A stretch of 60,171 nucleotides of DNA from a virus (lineage: Duplodnaviria; Caudoviricetes). The notes under the pieces were generated by a model, which was not told where the DNA came from, did not search any database, and worked only from the letters and a program-made list of their open reading frames with translations. The position numbers and the translations under genes are program-made. The stretch is from the IMG/VR virus record IMGVR_UViG_3300042887_002054, positions 1-60,171 of that record. The stretch is one strand, 5' to 3'. Positions 28,910-38,396 of the stretch are shown here, one piece after another (positions within the stretch are counted from its first letter, which is position 1; each line of letters starts with the position of its first letter).

Positions 28910-29661
28910 TTAAGAAAGCTATTAATTTTAGATTTAGCATCGTCCATAGATGTAAATTCTGGTGTTGATCGTACTAGTTGTTCTATATTAGCATTTAAGT
29001 CTGCTATTTCTTTATCGCGTTTAGCTTTCTCGTCTGGTGTATAAATCTTACCACTACCCTTAACTGTTTTAAAGAATCTTTCTCTAGCAACAGCAGGATC
29101 ATATTCTAATTTACCATTTGGATCATTGTTAATTAAAACAAATTTATCACCAAATGCTTGTTTGTAATTATCTATATTACCATTTACACCAGCCCATGTT
29201 TTAACAACAATAGAAGGTGCTAATGCACGATCACGATTAGCATTGCGCTCTAATGATGTATAAGGTGAAACCCAAATCATGACCATCATTGTATCGTATC
29301 CTAATTCTTCTAATTCTGCTTTTTTCTTTAATAATGGTTTACTAGCAGCACCAGTACCATCTATGATAATATCTTTTTTAGCTCCCGATAATTCCGCGTA
29401 TTTTTCTTTAGTTGCTTTTTGAGCTTGACCCATTAATTTGGCTGCTTGAGACAATTGATCTTGGTTGAAATCTGCGATTTTCATGCCTAAACCTGCTGCT
29501 TTTAACAGTTCCTCATAGGTGTCATCGACATTAATTACAGTCAAATTTTTCGGTATTAACTGCGCAGATACAAACGTTTTACCAGAACCAGCAGGGCCTG
29601 CCATGAATATAGCTTTAGGTTTGCCTTGTGCTTCTTTTAGTAAATCTAGTAACTTAATCAT
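28906..29661 (-). CDS. Zeta-toxin/AAA_33-like P-loop kinase with MIKL tag
   Basis: AIFMAGPAGSGKT, INVDD, IIDGTG and ERNANRDR motifs. Start at MIKLLDLLKE (ATG 29661). Confidence 0.8.
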   Translation of the reverse strand: MIKLLDLLKEAQGKPKAIFMAGPAGSGKTFVSAQLIPKNLTVINVDDTYEELLKAAGLGMKIADFNQDQLSQAAKLMGQAQKATKEKYAELSGAKKDIIIDGTGAASKPLLKKKAELEELGYDTMMVMIWVSPYTSLERNANRDRALAPSIVVKTWAGVNGNIDNYKQAFGDKFVLINNDPNGKLEYDPAVARERFFKTVKGSGKIYTPDEKAKRDKEIADLNANIEQLVRSTPEFTSMDDAKSKINSFLK

Positions 29662-29664
29662 ACG

Positions 29665-29696
29665 TGAATATAAATAGGTGACCTGGACAAGCCAAG
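29665..29696 (-). promoter_or_regulatory. Bacteroidota-type promoter embedded in an inverted repeat
   Basis: CTTG-N20-TATATTCA, 3 nt before the ATG. Confidence 0.6.
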
Positions 29697-29725
29697 CCAC
29701 CTATAAATATTGTTATTTATACTGA

Positions 29726-30508
29726 TTATGCTATCTTAACGCTAGTAGGTAACGTTTCGGTTACTGGTTTAAAGTCAGGGTTTTCTAGTGTATATATTTC
29801 ATATATATTTTTAAACATTGAAAAATTCTTTTCAATATCATTTACCACTTTTAATTCCCAACCTTTACCTTGAATTTTACCACCTTTGCCTTCACCGCGT
29901 GTATTTGCTTTAACCCACAAAATACCTGTATGAGTTACTTTCTCATCATGTGTTTCGTTCCAGGCTTGAGCATAAGCAGCTAACTGCAAATCATAACTAG
30001 TATGAAGTGAATTTGATGTTTTAAGATCTAATAACCAAATGTTATCAAACATTCTAACAACTAAATCGGCTGTACCAGCATATTTGTGTTCATCTGAGAA
30101 TAAATGATATTCAGTTGCTATTAATTCTGGTTTATGTGTATTCCAAAAATCAGCAAAGCGTAAAATCATTCTCCAAACATCTAAGTTATACTTAGCGTTT
30201 CCGAATTCATCAATCCAAGTAATTTCTGCTCCATTTAAAAAAGCATCTACAGCGTTGTGTACTTGAGTACCTTCACCTGCTGCTTTAGATGCAATAATAT
30301 CGCTATTATGTCCTACATCTTTTAACCAAGAGTGGAAAAATTGATTTTTAGGGAAATAATTTAAAACTGACGTTACTGAAGGATAATAATTACCTTCTCG
30401 TCTGTAAAATCTACTGTCCAAAACATTAACTTGTTTGTCCCCTTCAGCGTATTCAACGATACGTTTGATTTTAGGGTCTTTAATAATGTTTACGTTTTTT
30501 TCGATCAT
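29726..30508 (-). CDS. PD-(D/E)xK exonuclease (Cas4/RecB-like fold)
   Basis: YPSVTSVL, GTQVH, YAGTADL, LDLKTS and LQLAAY motifs. Confidence 0.85.
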   Translation of the reverse strand: MIEKNVNIIKDPKIKRIVEYAEGDKQVNVLDSRFYRREGNYYPSVTSVLNYFPKNQFFHSWLKDVGHNSDIIASKAAGEGTQVHNAVDAFLNGAEITWIDEFGNAKYNLDVWRMILRFADFWNTHKPELIATEYHLFSDEHKYAGTADLVVRMFDNIWLLDLKTSNSLHTSYDLQLAAYAQAWNETHDEKVTHTGILWVKANTRGEGKGGKIQGKGWELKVVNDIEKNFSMFKNIYEIYTLENPDFKPVTETLPTSVKIA

Positions 30509-31443
30509 ATGTTTTGTAATTTTTTCTCAAGCAAGCTTTGAAAAGTCAAAGGTTCTGTATGCTCAAGAGTATTTAAAAATGCCTCAAACCCGATTTCGTT
30601 TGCATCTTTACCTTCTAATTCTACCATATAAACTTCCTTACCATACGACATTAATTTTTCAGCATGTTTAAGGGCATCTTTTTTAGCATCATTATCTAGT
30701 GCAATGTAAATTCTATCGACGCTTGATTTAACTAGTTTTTCCATTAGTTTGTTATGTAATACTTTACCTAATAATGGAATAACGTTTCGTTTAATAGTGA
30801 TTGCATCAAACATACCTTCACAAAGTATGATTGGTGCATCCCAGTTTATGTATAATTCTAAACCTATAACTTCCTTAGATGCTACAGGTGGATTTTTGTA
30901 TTTGCGATCTGATTCTTTATAAGCGCGAGCTACAAAATAATTCAATATTCCGTTTGCATCGTATGAGGGTATAATTATTCGTCCAACATACGGACCTTCT
31001 TTGCAGAAACCAATATTATATTTTAAAATATCATCTTTAGTTACGTTACGTTTTGATAAAAATCGTAATGCATGTTTAGCCTCTATTTGAGCGATCTTAT
31101 CCGAGTAAATACCGTTTAATGCGATATATTCGGCGGGTAAAACGAGTGCCTCAGTAGATACAATGTCTTCCACATTTGTAGGCTGAATAAGCAGATTTAG
31201 GTCAGCAAATTTGTCTGGTGTTGCTTTTGCTTGTTTGAATAGGGTACGTATGGTTTTGCCCTTAGTATCACACACCCAACAATGCCAAAAATTTTCCTTC
31301 TTAGCTGTGGTACGTAATGATACTTCTAGTTTATTTTTGTGGTGAGCACAAAACGGACATTTAAAAGCATAGTTACCTTTGCTTGTTGGTGTGCCTTTAC
31401 CTAAAACAGATTCTACTAATACTAGTAGAGCAGCATTTTCCAT
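30505..31443 (-). CDS. DNA primase (Zn finger plus TOPRIM)
   Basis: CPFC...CWVC, RIIIP, KYKNP, CEGMFD, DND and KDANE motifs. Confidence 0.9.
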   Translation of the reverse strand: MENAALLVLVESVLGKGTPTSKGNYAFKCPFCAHHKNKLEVSLRTTAKKENFWHCWVCDTKGKTIRTLFKQAKATPDKFADLNLLIQPTNVEDIVSTEALVLPAEYIALNGIYSDKIAQIEAKHALRFLSKRNVTKDDILKYNIGFCKEGPYVGRIIIPSYDANGILNYFVARAYKESDRKYKNPPVASKEVIGLELYINWDAPIILCEGMFDAITIKRNVIPLLGKVLHNKLMEKLVKSSVDRIYIALDNDAKKDALKHAEKLMSYGKEVYMVELEGKDANEIGFEAFLNTLEHTEPLTFQSLLEKKLQNI

Positions 31444-31448
31444 AACCT

Positions 31449-31480
31449 TAAATATAAGATTTTACTCTGCCGAAATCAAA
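31449..31480 (-). promoter_or_regulatory. Bacteroidota-type promoter of primase/exonuclease
   Basis: TTTG-N20-TATATTTA, 5 nt before the ATG. Confidence 0.75.
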
Positions 31481-31917
31481 TCTTTTCTATAAAATTTACC
31501 TAGTATATTATCGTTCATGTATCTATCGTCTTCTAGAACGTTGTACTGAAATAAACATTTAGTTTCCCAATATGTTAATTCCTTTTTATTTCTACACAAC
31601 ATTAACACGTAACGTTTCAGTTCGTCCTTTGGTAATGACTTTACTTCAGTGTTTGAGCCGTAGTAAGTTTTCCAATCGCTTTCTTTAACTACTGTTTTTT
31701 TAGATGGTCTTTTACCTCTAGTAACAGGAATTTCAGCTAATTCTTTCTTACCTAACTTCTTTGTTTGTGTGTGTTGGAATGCTTTTTTACCAATGTAGGT
31801 ACGGCCTGTTTTAGCATGAACAGTCATATAAACATACCCGTAGTATTCAGTAAAATCAAATGTAGAATCGTTGATCATATCCTCTACCTCAGTAGCAGGA
31901 CCTAAAATTTGAAACAT
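31462..31917 (-). CDS. GIY-YIG-like protein
   Basis: GYVY-x9-YIGKK, ESDWKTYYGS and YMNDNI motifs. Confidence 0.7.
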   Translation of the reverse strand: MFQILGPATEVEDMINDSTFDFTEYYGYVYMTVHAKTGRTYIGKKAFQHTQTKKLGKKELAEIPVTRGKRPSKKTVVKESDWKTYYGSNTEVKSLPKDELKRYVLMLCRNKKELTYWETKCLFQYNVLEDDRYMNDNILGKFYRKDLISAE

Positions 31918-31933
31918 AACTATTATTTATTTT

Positions 31934-32260
31934 TTAAGTATCGTATTTAACTACAAATGTCATGTCAGTATAAGGTGACATTAAAATTGGTTTACCAAAT
32001 TTAGCTACAGCTAATAATTCATTATTATTATTATATAAACCGATTGCTGTAGCATAAGGAGTAAAGTATGAGCCTGAAGGTAAAGCAGAGCCAGTGGCAA
32101 AATCTTTTAATGATCCACTTTGATAGTTGTTTACTAAAGTAGGATTGTATGATGCATTAAATTCAGTATTTTGAATAACACAACGCACTTCGTTTTCATA
32201 AACAGTATGATTGTTTTTGAAAGAAAGAGAAAATGATCCTGTATGTGTTATTGTTGGCAT
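31934..32260 (-). CDS. Baseplate/tail protein C-terminal module, paralogous to the C-terminus of 40194..41195
   Basis: IGLYNNNNELLAVAKFGKP versus VGMYNNNNELLAVAKLSKP. Confidence 0.75.
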   Translation of the reverse strand: MPTITHTGSFSLSFKNNHTVYENEVRCVIQNTEFNASYNPTLVNNYQSGSLKDFATGSALPSGSYFTPYATAIGLYNNNNELLAVAKFGKPILMSPYTDMTFVVKYDT

Positions 32261-32265
32261 TATTA

Positions 32266-33072
32266 TTATCGTTGGTTACCTATATAAGTATCTATAACGT
32301 AAGTGTTTCCAAAAGATCCTGATGGATATCCACTACCTCCATATAAAGGAACATTAATAAGTTGAAGTGCTGTACCCAAACCATTTAGAATGTAAGGACT
32401 ACCTGCATCTGGAGTACCATTTACTCTATAGATAATTTCTGATACTTGGTAATCAAAAACTCTTGTTTGTTGAGTAACTGCTACATAGAAGAAGTTTCCT
32501 GTTGGAATAGTAAAGGTTGTTGTACCAGTTGTGAACAATGTTTGTCTTAATCCCAAGGCACCACCATTAGTTAATGGATAGTAAATTTGAGTATATCCTG
32601 AATTACCAGAATCTACAGTTAAGTTAACAGTAACTGTTACGTTAGGTCTAGCAGATATAGTAGGTGTTAAAGTAGGTGTTGCCGTTAATGTAGGAGTAGG
32701 TGTTGATGTTGGTGTTTGTGTACTTGTTAAAGTAGGAGTAGGTGTTGTTGTTAACCCTGGAGTTACAGTTGGTGATGCTGTTAATGTTGGTGTTAAGAAT
32801 GGAGTTAACGTTGCTGTTGGAGTAACTGTTGAAGTTGGAGTTGGTGAAGGAGAAATTGGTAAAAACTCAACATAATTGTTATTACAAGCAGGATTTGAGT
32901 TTACTACTATAATTTTTGTTGGTGTTGGGTCTGGGAGTATATAAGTAATGCCTGTTCTTAAAGCAGCCGCAGGTATATTTTGCTCAATAGGAGGTGTACT
33001 TAAGCTATTAGCATAAATAGTATAAGGTCCTGGTGCGGTACCGCTAGTTAATTGTACAGATATTGTTGCCAT
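32266..33072 (-). CDS. Structural protein with a mucin-like Pro/Thr linker
   Basis: About 65-aa (T/S-P/L)n tract between two beta-rich domains. Late motif at 33097-33105. Confidence 0.75.
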   Translation of the reverse strand: MATISVQLTSGTAPGPYTIYANSLSTPPIEQNIPAAALRTGITYILPDPTPTKIIVVNSNPACNNNYVEFLPISPSPTPTSTVTPTATLTPFLTPTLTASPTVTPGLTTTPTPTLTSTQTPTSTPTPTLTATPTLTPTISARPNVTVTVNLTVDSGNSGYTQIYYPLTNGGALGLRQTLFTTGTTTFTIPTGNFFYVAVTQQTRVFDYQVSEIIYRVNGTPDAGSPYILNGLGTALQLINVPLYGGSGYPSGSFGNTYVIDTYIGNQR

Positions 33073-33105
33073 TTGTTAATTTACGTCAATGTTATATATA
33101 AATAT

Positions 33106-35439
33106 TTAATTTTCACGTCTTTCTTGACCGGGATAATAGTATATTCGGTTATGGTTAATAGGGGACAATAGCAATATAGCAGCATTTATTAAATTATTTT
33201 GTTGCATTTGAAATACATTGCTCATCCACGTTTGTTCCATTGGATGAGCCCACTTAATATCTAAAAATACTTTTTGATTTCCTATTTTACTAAACCATAA
33301 AGGCCAATTACAGTAATGTACTTCACCTTCTATATATGATATATCATCAGATCTTTTAATGTGACTAAACTTAGTTCTAGGAGCATTTGGGTCTAAACCT
33401 TGTACAGGTAACCTTGATTTTTTAGGAAAATATTGTTCTCTAACATTTTGAGGAATGTTATACCAAGACCACTGTGTTGCATTATCACCATATACTTCTG
33501 TAAAATTTAATTTTAAATAATCATAATTTTCATCATGAATTATTTTTAAAGTTTTATCATATAAGTTAGGTACATAGTTTTTAAAACCATTATAACAGTG
33601 ATTATCATTAGATGTATGTAATAACATATCATCCTCAAAGAAAATATAATAATCAGCATCACTTTCATCAAAATGTTCAGCACACCATTGTCTACCACCA
33701 CAAATTCCTATATTATCTTTTTTAGTTTCTTCAAATTCATATTCATTACAAATTTGAGTATACTCATCATCTGTAGTTCTGTCTGTTGAATTATTTAAAA
33801 AATACTTATTAGTTTTAGTTAAGAAATTAGAATCACTATTTTTAAAAGATTCTAATAAATGTCTAAATTGTTTTGGGGAATTAAATCCAACCACATATAA
33901 ATTAGTTTTTAATTTATTAAATGGTTTTTTAGCATCTTTAGGTCTTTCAAAATTTTTCAACATTTCAAAGAAAGGCCATACTAAACCATTTCCTTCAATT
34001 TCAAATGGTTGTATTAATTCTGGAAATTTGTATGTTAAAATTGTGAATAGACATTCATCAGCTCCCATGTATCTATTATTCAACGTGCTATCTAAAATAG
34101 AGTAATACAATGAATTTAATTGATGTATTTGGTCTTTACTACCTCCCCAAAACCCACCTCTAGATATTTTATTTACATACTCTACGCCACAGTATTGGGC
34201 CATTTTAATTCTTTCAAAACCATGTATTTCATCATTACTCTCATATGGGTATGTTATAAAAGTTAATTTTTGAATACTATCACTATATTCTTCTAACTTA
34301 TCTAAAACCTTATCATGTGTGAAATATCCTCTACTTACAGTAGAAGTTAAACCACCATCAATCCAATAAAAATATTCTGAGTTAAATGGATTTGTTATAG
34401 CAGTATCATTCACCATAAACATTTTACACATCATCATTGGGTTATAATATTCCAAGGCTGCTTGAGGTGATTCTGATAGCCAACCTGCAAAGTTATACCA
34501 ATCAGGATTAGTTCTTATTTCTTGTAATTGATTCCAAAACGGGAACCATACTTTAAAATCTTCTAATTCTCTAATGTATATTCGAGTTGGTTTATCACCT
34601 CTAATAGCAAGTACTTCTGCTTCTAAATCACGAGGTATCCAAATAGCCATTTGAGCATCTGTTTCTAATAACTCAAAAAATCTATCTTTGTATTGTTGAA
34701 AATCACGTTTAGCCCACCCATCAATACTACCTCTTCCTAAATCCCACAATCCTGTAACTATTGTAGTATTACTATTAGATGTTTCAATTTGAATTGATTT
34801 TACTTTTCTTTTAATTTTTAAAGCCATAGAAGCCCAACCATCTACCCAACCACAAGTAGCTATAGGTTCCATATCATATTTTGATTCATCAAAACATTCT
34901 GATAAAGATTTTATACTGTGTTCTTCCCAAGATGGTAAACCATATACATCATCTATAACAATAATAGCTTCATCTTCTAAATAGTTAAATATAGTATTTA
35001 AAGCATATCTTGAAGCTGAATATAGATCTAGATCAAGATGTATAAATTTAATTCTTTGATTTTTTTCTTTTAAAAAGTCTAATAAAGTATCTTCTACTTT
35101 ACCTACAATAAAAGTATTTTTATCTGTATCTACGGGAATAGAAGTAGCAAATGCATTTTTATTATATAATACATTTCCACTAGATTCAGCCCAATCTTCA
35201 GGTAATCCTGAAAATGTATCAAACCCATATACTATAGTATTTTCTGTATTCTGGTTTATTAAACTTAAAGTATGTCCAGTAAATACTCCCAATTCCATAA
35301 AAAGGGAATTAGATGAAGCTGATATATCAATATGTTTAAATATATCTTCAAAGTATGTAGGTTGACTTAACCAATTTTTAGGACCATAATCAGGTACCTT
35401 AGATTGATTAATAAGATCTACTATGTCATTAACAGTCAT
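33106..35439 (-). CDS. Tri-domain protein: TylF-like SAM O-methyltransferase, HtrL/WlaTC-like domain and GT-A glycosyltransferase
   Basis: ELGVFTG...GFDTFSGLPE...HLDLDLY...IDD, then TTIVTGLWDLGR...YWIDGG...GGFWGG, then YIFFEDD. Confidence 0.75.
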   Translation of the reverse strand: MTVNDIVDLINQSKVPDYGPKNWLSQPTYFEDIFKHIDISASSNSLFMELGVFTGHTLSLINQNTENTIVYGFDTFSGLPEDWAESSGNVLYNKNAFATSIPVDTDKNTFIVGKVEDTLLDFLKEKNQRIKFIHLDLDLYSASRYALNTIFNYLEDEAIIVIDDVYGLPSWEEHSIKSLSECFDESKYDMEPIATCGWVDGWASMALKIKRKVKSIQIETSNSNTTIVTGLWDLGRGSIDGWAKRDFQQYKDRFFELLETDAQMAIWIPRDLEAEVLAIRGDKPTRIYIRELEDFKVWFPFWNQLQEIRTNPDWYNFAGWLSESPQAALEYYNPMMMCKMFMVNDTAITNPFNSEYFYWIDGGLTSTVSRGYFTHDKVLDKLEEYSDSIQKLTFITYPYESNDEIHGFERIKMAQYCGVEYVNKISRGGFWGGSKDQIHQLNSLYYSILDSTLNNRYMGADECLFTILTYKFPELIQPFEIEGNGLVWPFFEMLKNFERPKDAKKPFNKLKTNLYVVGFNSPKQFRHLLESFKNSDSNFLTKTNKYFLNNSTDRTTDDEYTQICNEYEFEETKKDNIGICGGRQWCAEHFDESDADYYIFFEDDMLLHTSNDNHCYNGFKNYVPNLYDKTLKIIHDENYDYLKLNFTEVYGDNATQWSWYNIPQNVREQYFPKKSRLPVQGLDPNAPRTKFSHIKRSDDISYIEGEVHYCNWPLWFSKIGNQKVFLDIKWAHPMEQTWMSNVFQMQQNNLINAAILLLSPINHNRIYYYPGQERREN

Positions 35440-37079
35440 TATAACTCAAATTTTAAATTTCTATTTTCATCAGCCACAATAATATATTGAATACCATCAA
35501 GTAAAAAATAAATTTCTAACTTTTTTTCAATACCATAATAAGGATCACCACCTATATTATTATCTACTCTTATATCAAATCTTTTATAGTTGTTTGCTTC
35601 TAAATTGTGTTTGATTTGTTCAGTAACATCAACTACTACTCTTTCAGCAAATGCTTTTCCTTCATCTTGTTGTTCTCCTAAAGTACCATAAAATGCTCTA
35701 ACAACTTCTATTTTAGAATCTTTATATTTTTCTTTATTGTATATATCTTGAGGTAAATAGGTAAAATAACCATTAAAATCAAAATGATAAAATTCATATA
35801 CTGATGGGTTTCTGTAATGATTTAACCATGCTTCAAAATACCATCTATCACCATGAGTAGGTTTCGCATTAATTCTTACAAAAGATAAATTAGCCCACCA
35901 AAAATTACCCCACCACCACTTATCATTATTAGTAACACCACATTGCTCGTATTCATCTAGTTTTTGAAGACAATCCTGGAAGTTATCTATTAAAAAATAT
36001 TCCATTATTTCTTTCCACCACCCAATACCTATTTGTTTTCGTTGAGATACTACTTTTGTTTCTAAATTAGCATAAAGATTAGAAACACCTTTAGTATGAA
36101 AATAAAATACTTTTCCTTTATATTGTTGTGAATATTCCCATACTTTATTAATTCCTTCGTATTCGTAATGATTATTAACAAACTTATTTAAAACAGCTTT
36201 GTCTAAATCTTTAACTAATTCATCTATACCCTCAAATTGATCTAAAGTATCAACACAAGTAATTTCTAGCTTATCACACCAATCATATAAACCTGATGTT
36301 TTTAGGCGATTTAGTTGGTGTTTAACTACTTCTAAGTAATTACCTACACAATATATATGGTATACTATTAAATTTATATTTTTCATATCATTATATATTT
36401 CAAACTTTGATCTATATATTATATCTAAAGTTCGATTAGGTGCATAACCATAAGCAAATGCATGAAATATAAAATTACCTTCATTGTAATAGCTATGATT
36501 AAAAGATCTACTGCTTATTATTTTAATATGGTTTTTAACTTCATCATCATTTCTATATAGTAAAGTAATACATGTTTGTTCGTGCCATAAAGCCCATTTA
36601 AAATATCCTGCTTTTTCTAAATTTTCTTCCATGATTTCAAGACCAGAAGGAGCATCTTTTCCTTTATAAGTTTCTCCTGATTCCCACCATGTTTTTAAAA
36701 AGTTTTTAGACCATTCACTATTTTTAACTAAAAATACTCCTGTATTCATAGAACTATGGTAACCGATATCTTCAGCAAAAACCATATCATGGTCATTATC
36801 TATAAAATCTTCAATATTTTGATTAAAATCAGAAATAATAGCATCAGCATCTAAAAATAAGACATAATCAAATTTATCAGTATCTAATAATTCTTGAACT
36901 AATTTTACTTTACCCCAATGGAATGATCTTTCATCACATATACTAGTAATTCTTTCAGTATTCTTTTCACACACATAAGTGTATCCTTTATCTTCACAAT
37001 ATTTTTGGTTTATCATTTCAGAATAAACCCCATAATTTATATTACTAGTGTAAAATTGTAATACTGCTATATTCATCAT
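35439..37079 (-). CDS. GT34 (GMA12/MNN10)-like glycosyltransferase with a YFHTKG domain and a C-terminal SUEL-lectin-like domain
   Basis: WGKV...FLDADAII...NTGVFLVKNSEWS...EQ, then FYFHTKGVS...WGNFWW, then RAFYG...DVT...GDPYYGIEKKLEI. Confidence 0.75.
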   Translation of the reverse strand: MMNIAVLQFYTSNINYGVYSEMINQKYCEDKGYTYVCEKNTERITSICDERSFHWGKVKLVQELLDTDKFDYVLFLDADAIISDFNQNIEDFIDNDHDMVFAEDIGYHSSMNTGVFLVKNSEWSKNFLKTWWESGETYKGKDAPSGLEIMEENLEKAGYFKWALWHEQTCITLLYRNDDEVKNHIKIISSRSFNHSYYNEGNFIFHAFAYGYAPNRTLDIIYRSKFEIYNDMKNINLIVYHIYCVGNYLEVVKHQLNRLKTSGLYDWCDKLEITCVDTLDQFEGIDELVKDLDKAVLNKFVNNHYEYEGINKVWEYSQQYKGKVFYFHTKGVSNLYANLETKVVSQRKQIGIGWWKEIMEYFLIDNFQDCLQKLDEYEQCGVTNNDKWWWGNFWWANLSFVRINAKPTHGDRWYFEAWLNHYRNPSVYEFYHFDFNGYFTYLPQDIYNKEKYKDSKIEVVRAFYGTLGEQQDEGKAFAERVVVDVTEQIKHNLEANNYKRFDIRVDNNIGGDPYYGIEKKLEIYFLLDGIQYIIVADENRNLKFEL

Positions 37080-37086
37080 TTAATTT

Positions 37087-38343
37087 TTATGGTAATATAC
37101 CTTCAAGTCGTTCACACCACCCTTCAGTTATAGAATGTGGCCAAACTATCCATTTTGCTGGTTTAACAGATGTGCTAAATTCTCTCCAAACTTTGTAATA
37201 TCCGTCTCCAAAATCTGCTTTCATTACGTTTATTTCATCTAAAGTAGCATCTCGTCTATGCAATTCATTTCCATCTTTATCTTCAAAAGCAACAACCCAA
37301 AAATCATAATCAACTAAGGGTACTTGGTGTGGGTAAATATCTATACAATGTTTAAATATAGACATAAAAGACATATCGTAATCTACAGGACCTGTAATAA
37401 ATGGGTTAGGTGCAAATAGATTATCTTTAGTATATTGTTGAATAGCTCTATCTCTAAAACGAATACCAGCATAAGCTTCATATTGAAATAAACTTCTTTC
37501 AGTTCCAAAATCATGTGGACCAAATTCTAACCCACATCTACATTCACCATCAACCCCGAATAAAGCTCTATTTTTCTTATGAGCATTAGTATTTTTATTA
37601 ACCCAATCAGGATCATCATCCCATTGTTTAGTTCTACCTTTACGAGTATACTCATGCCAAGCAATTACTTTATGCGGGTGAAATAAATCATATCCCCAAG
37701 TATATGAACGAACAGCTAATGAAATTTCCTCACCATGAAAATAATAATCTGGATCATAAGGTACTTCAACACACCATTGTCCTAAAGTAAAAATAAAGTG
37801 AGCTGATAAGAATCGTGATGGTATTGGAGATTTTAATTTTTTCCAATCTGGAATAGTTGCAGGTAAAAAGAATATAGCACCTTCAGGAATAAATCTATCA
37901 AATGTCATCCACCAAGGTTCTTGAACACGTCCTCCTGGATCATTATCTGGGTCAAATGATGATATATAAGCAGTTAATAGGGGTTTTTTATGACCTTTCT
38001 TTTGTAATTGCTTAATCATTTTAATACACTCAGTATCCCAACCTTTAATAAAACGGTGGTGTGAATCTAATTGTAAATAATAATCTTCCCCACCATATAA
38101 TTTATGGATTTCACTTCTAGCCCAACATGCTCCTTTAGAATCTTTGTAATCAATATTAACAATTCTAAAACGAGTATCGTTTCTAAATTCACTTAAATCA
38201 TCCCAAGTATCTTCTTCAGCATGTTGCCAGGCAATACCAAATACTAAATCTTCAGGATTATCTGCATTGTTGATACAGTCGTGTAATGTAGGCAATAATT
38301 GTGGGTCTCTATAGGATGCTATAGAAATGTAAATTTTACTCAT
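37087..38343 (-). CDS. GT60-like polypeptide N-acetylhexosaminyltransferase (Skp1 GlcNAc-T/Gnt family)
   Basis: ISIASYRDP, GACWAR, YYLQLDSHHRF (DSH motif), SAHFIF, VPYDP and FHGEEISLAVR.YT.GYD motifs. Confidence 0.85.
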   Translation of the reverse strand: MSKIYISIASYRDPQLLPTLHDCINNADNPEDLVFGIAWQHAEEDTWDDLSEFRNDTRFRIVNIDYKDSKGACWARSEIHKLYGGEDYYLQLDSHHRFIKGWDTECIKMIKQLQKKGHKKPLLTAYISSFDPDNDPGGRVQEPWWMTFDRFIPEGAIFFLPATIPDWKKLKSPIPSRFLSAHFIFTLGQWCVEVPYDPDYYFHGEEISLAVRSYTWGYDLFHPHKVIAWHEYTRKGRTKQWDDDPDWVNKNTNAHKKNRALFGVDGECRCGLEFGPHDFGTERSLFQYEAYAGIRFRDRAIQQYTKDNLFAPNPFITGPVDYDMSFMSIFKHCIDIYPHQVPLVDYDFWVVAFEDKDGNELHRRDATLDEINVMKADFGDGYYKVWREFSTSVKPAKWIVWPHSITEGWCERLEGILP

Positions 38344-38347
38344 AACT

Positions 38348-38379
38348 AAAATATAACTAATTTATTTTATAACTCCAAA
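38348..38379 (-). promoter_or_regulatory. Bacteroidota-type promoter of the glycosyltransferase operon
   Basis: TTTG-N20-TATATTTT, 4 nt before the ATG. Confidence 0.75.
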
Positions 38380-38396
38380 CTTTATATAATATTATA

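Noticed and set aside
31462-31917. GIY-YIG gene as an intron-encoded homing endonuclease
   Set aside because: It is free-standing, neighbouring genes are intact, and no group I intron structure or DNA-binding tail is evident.
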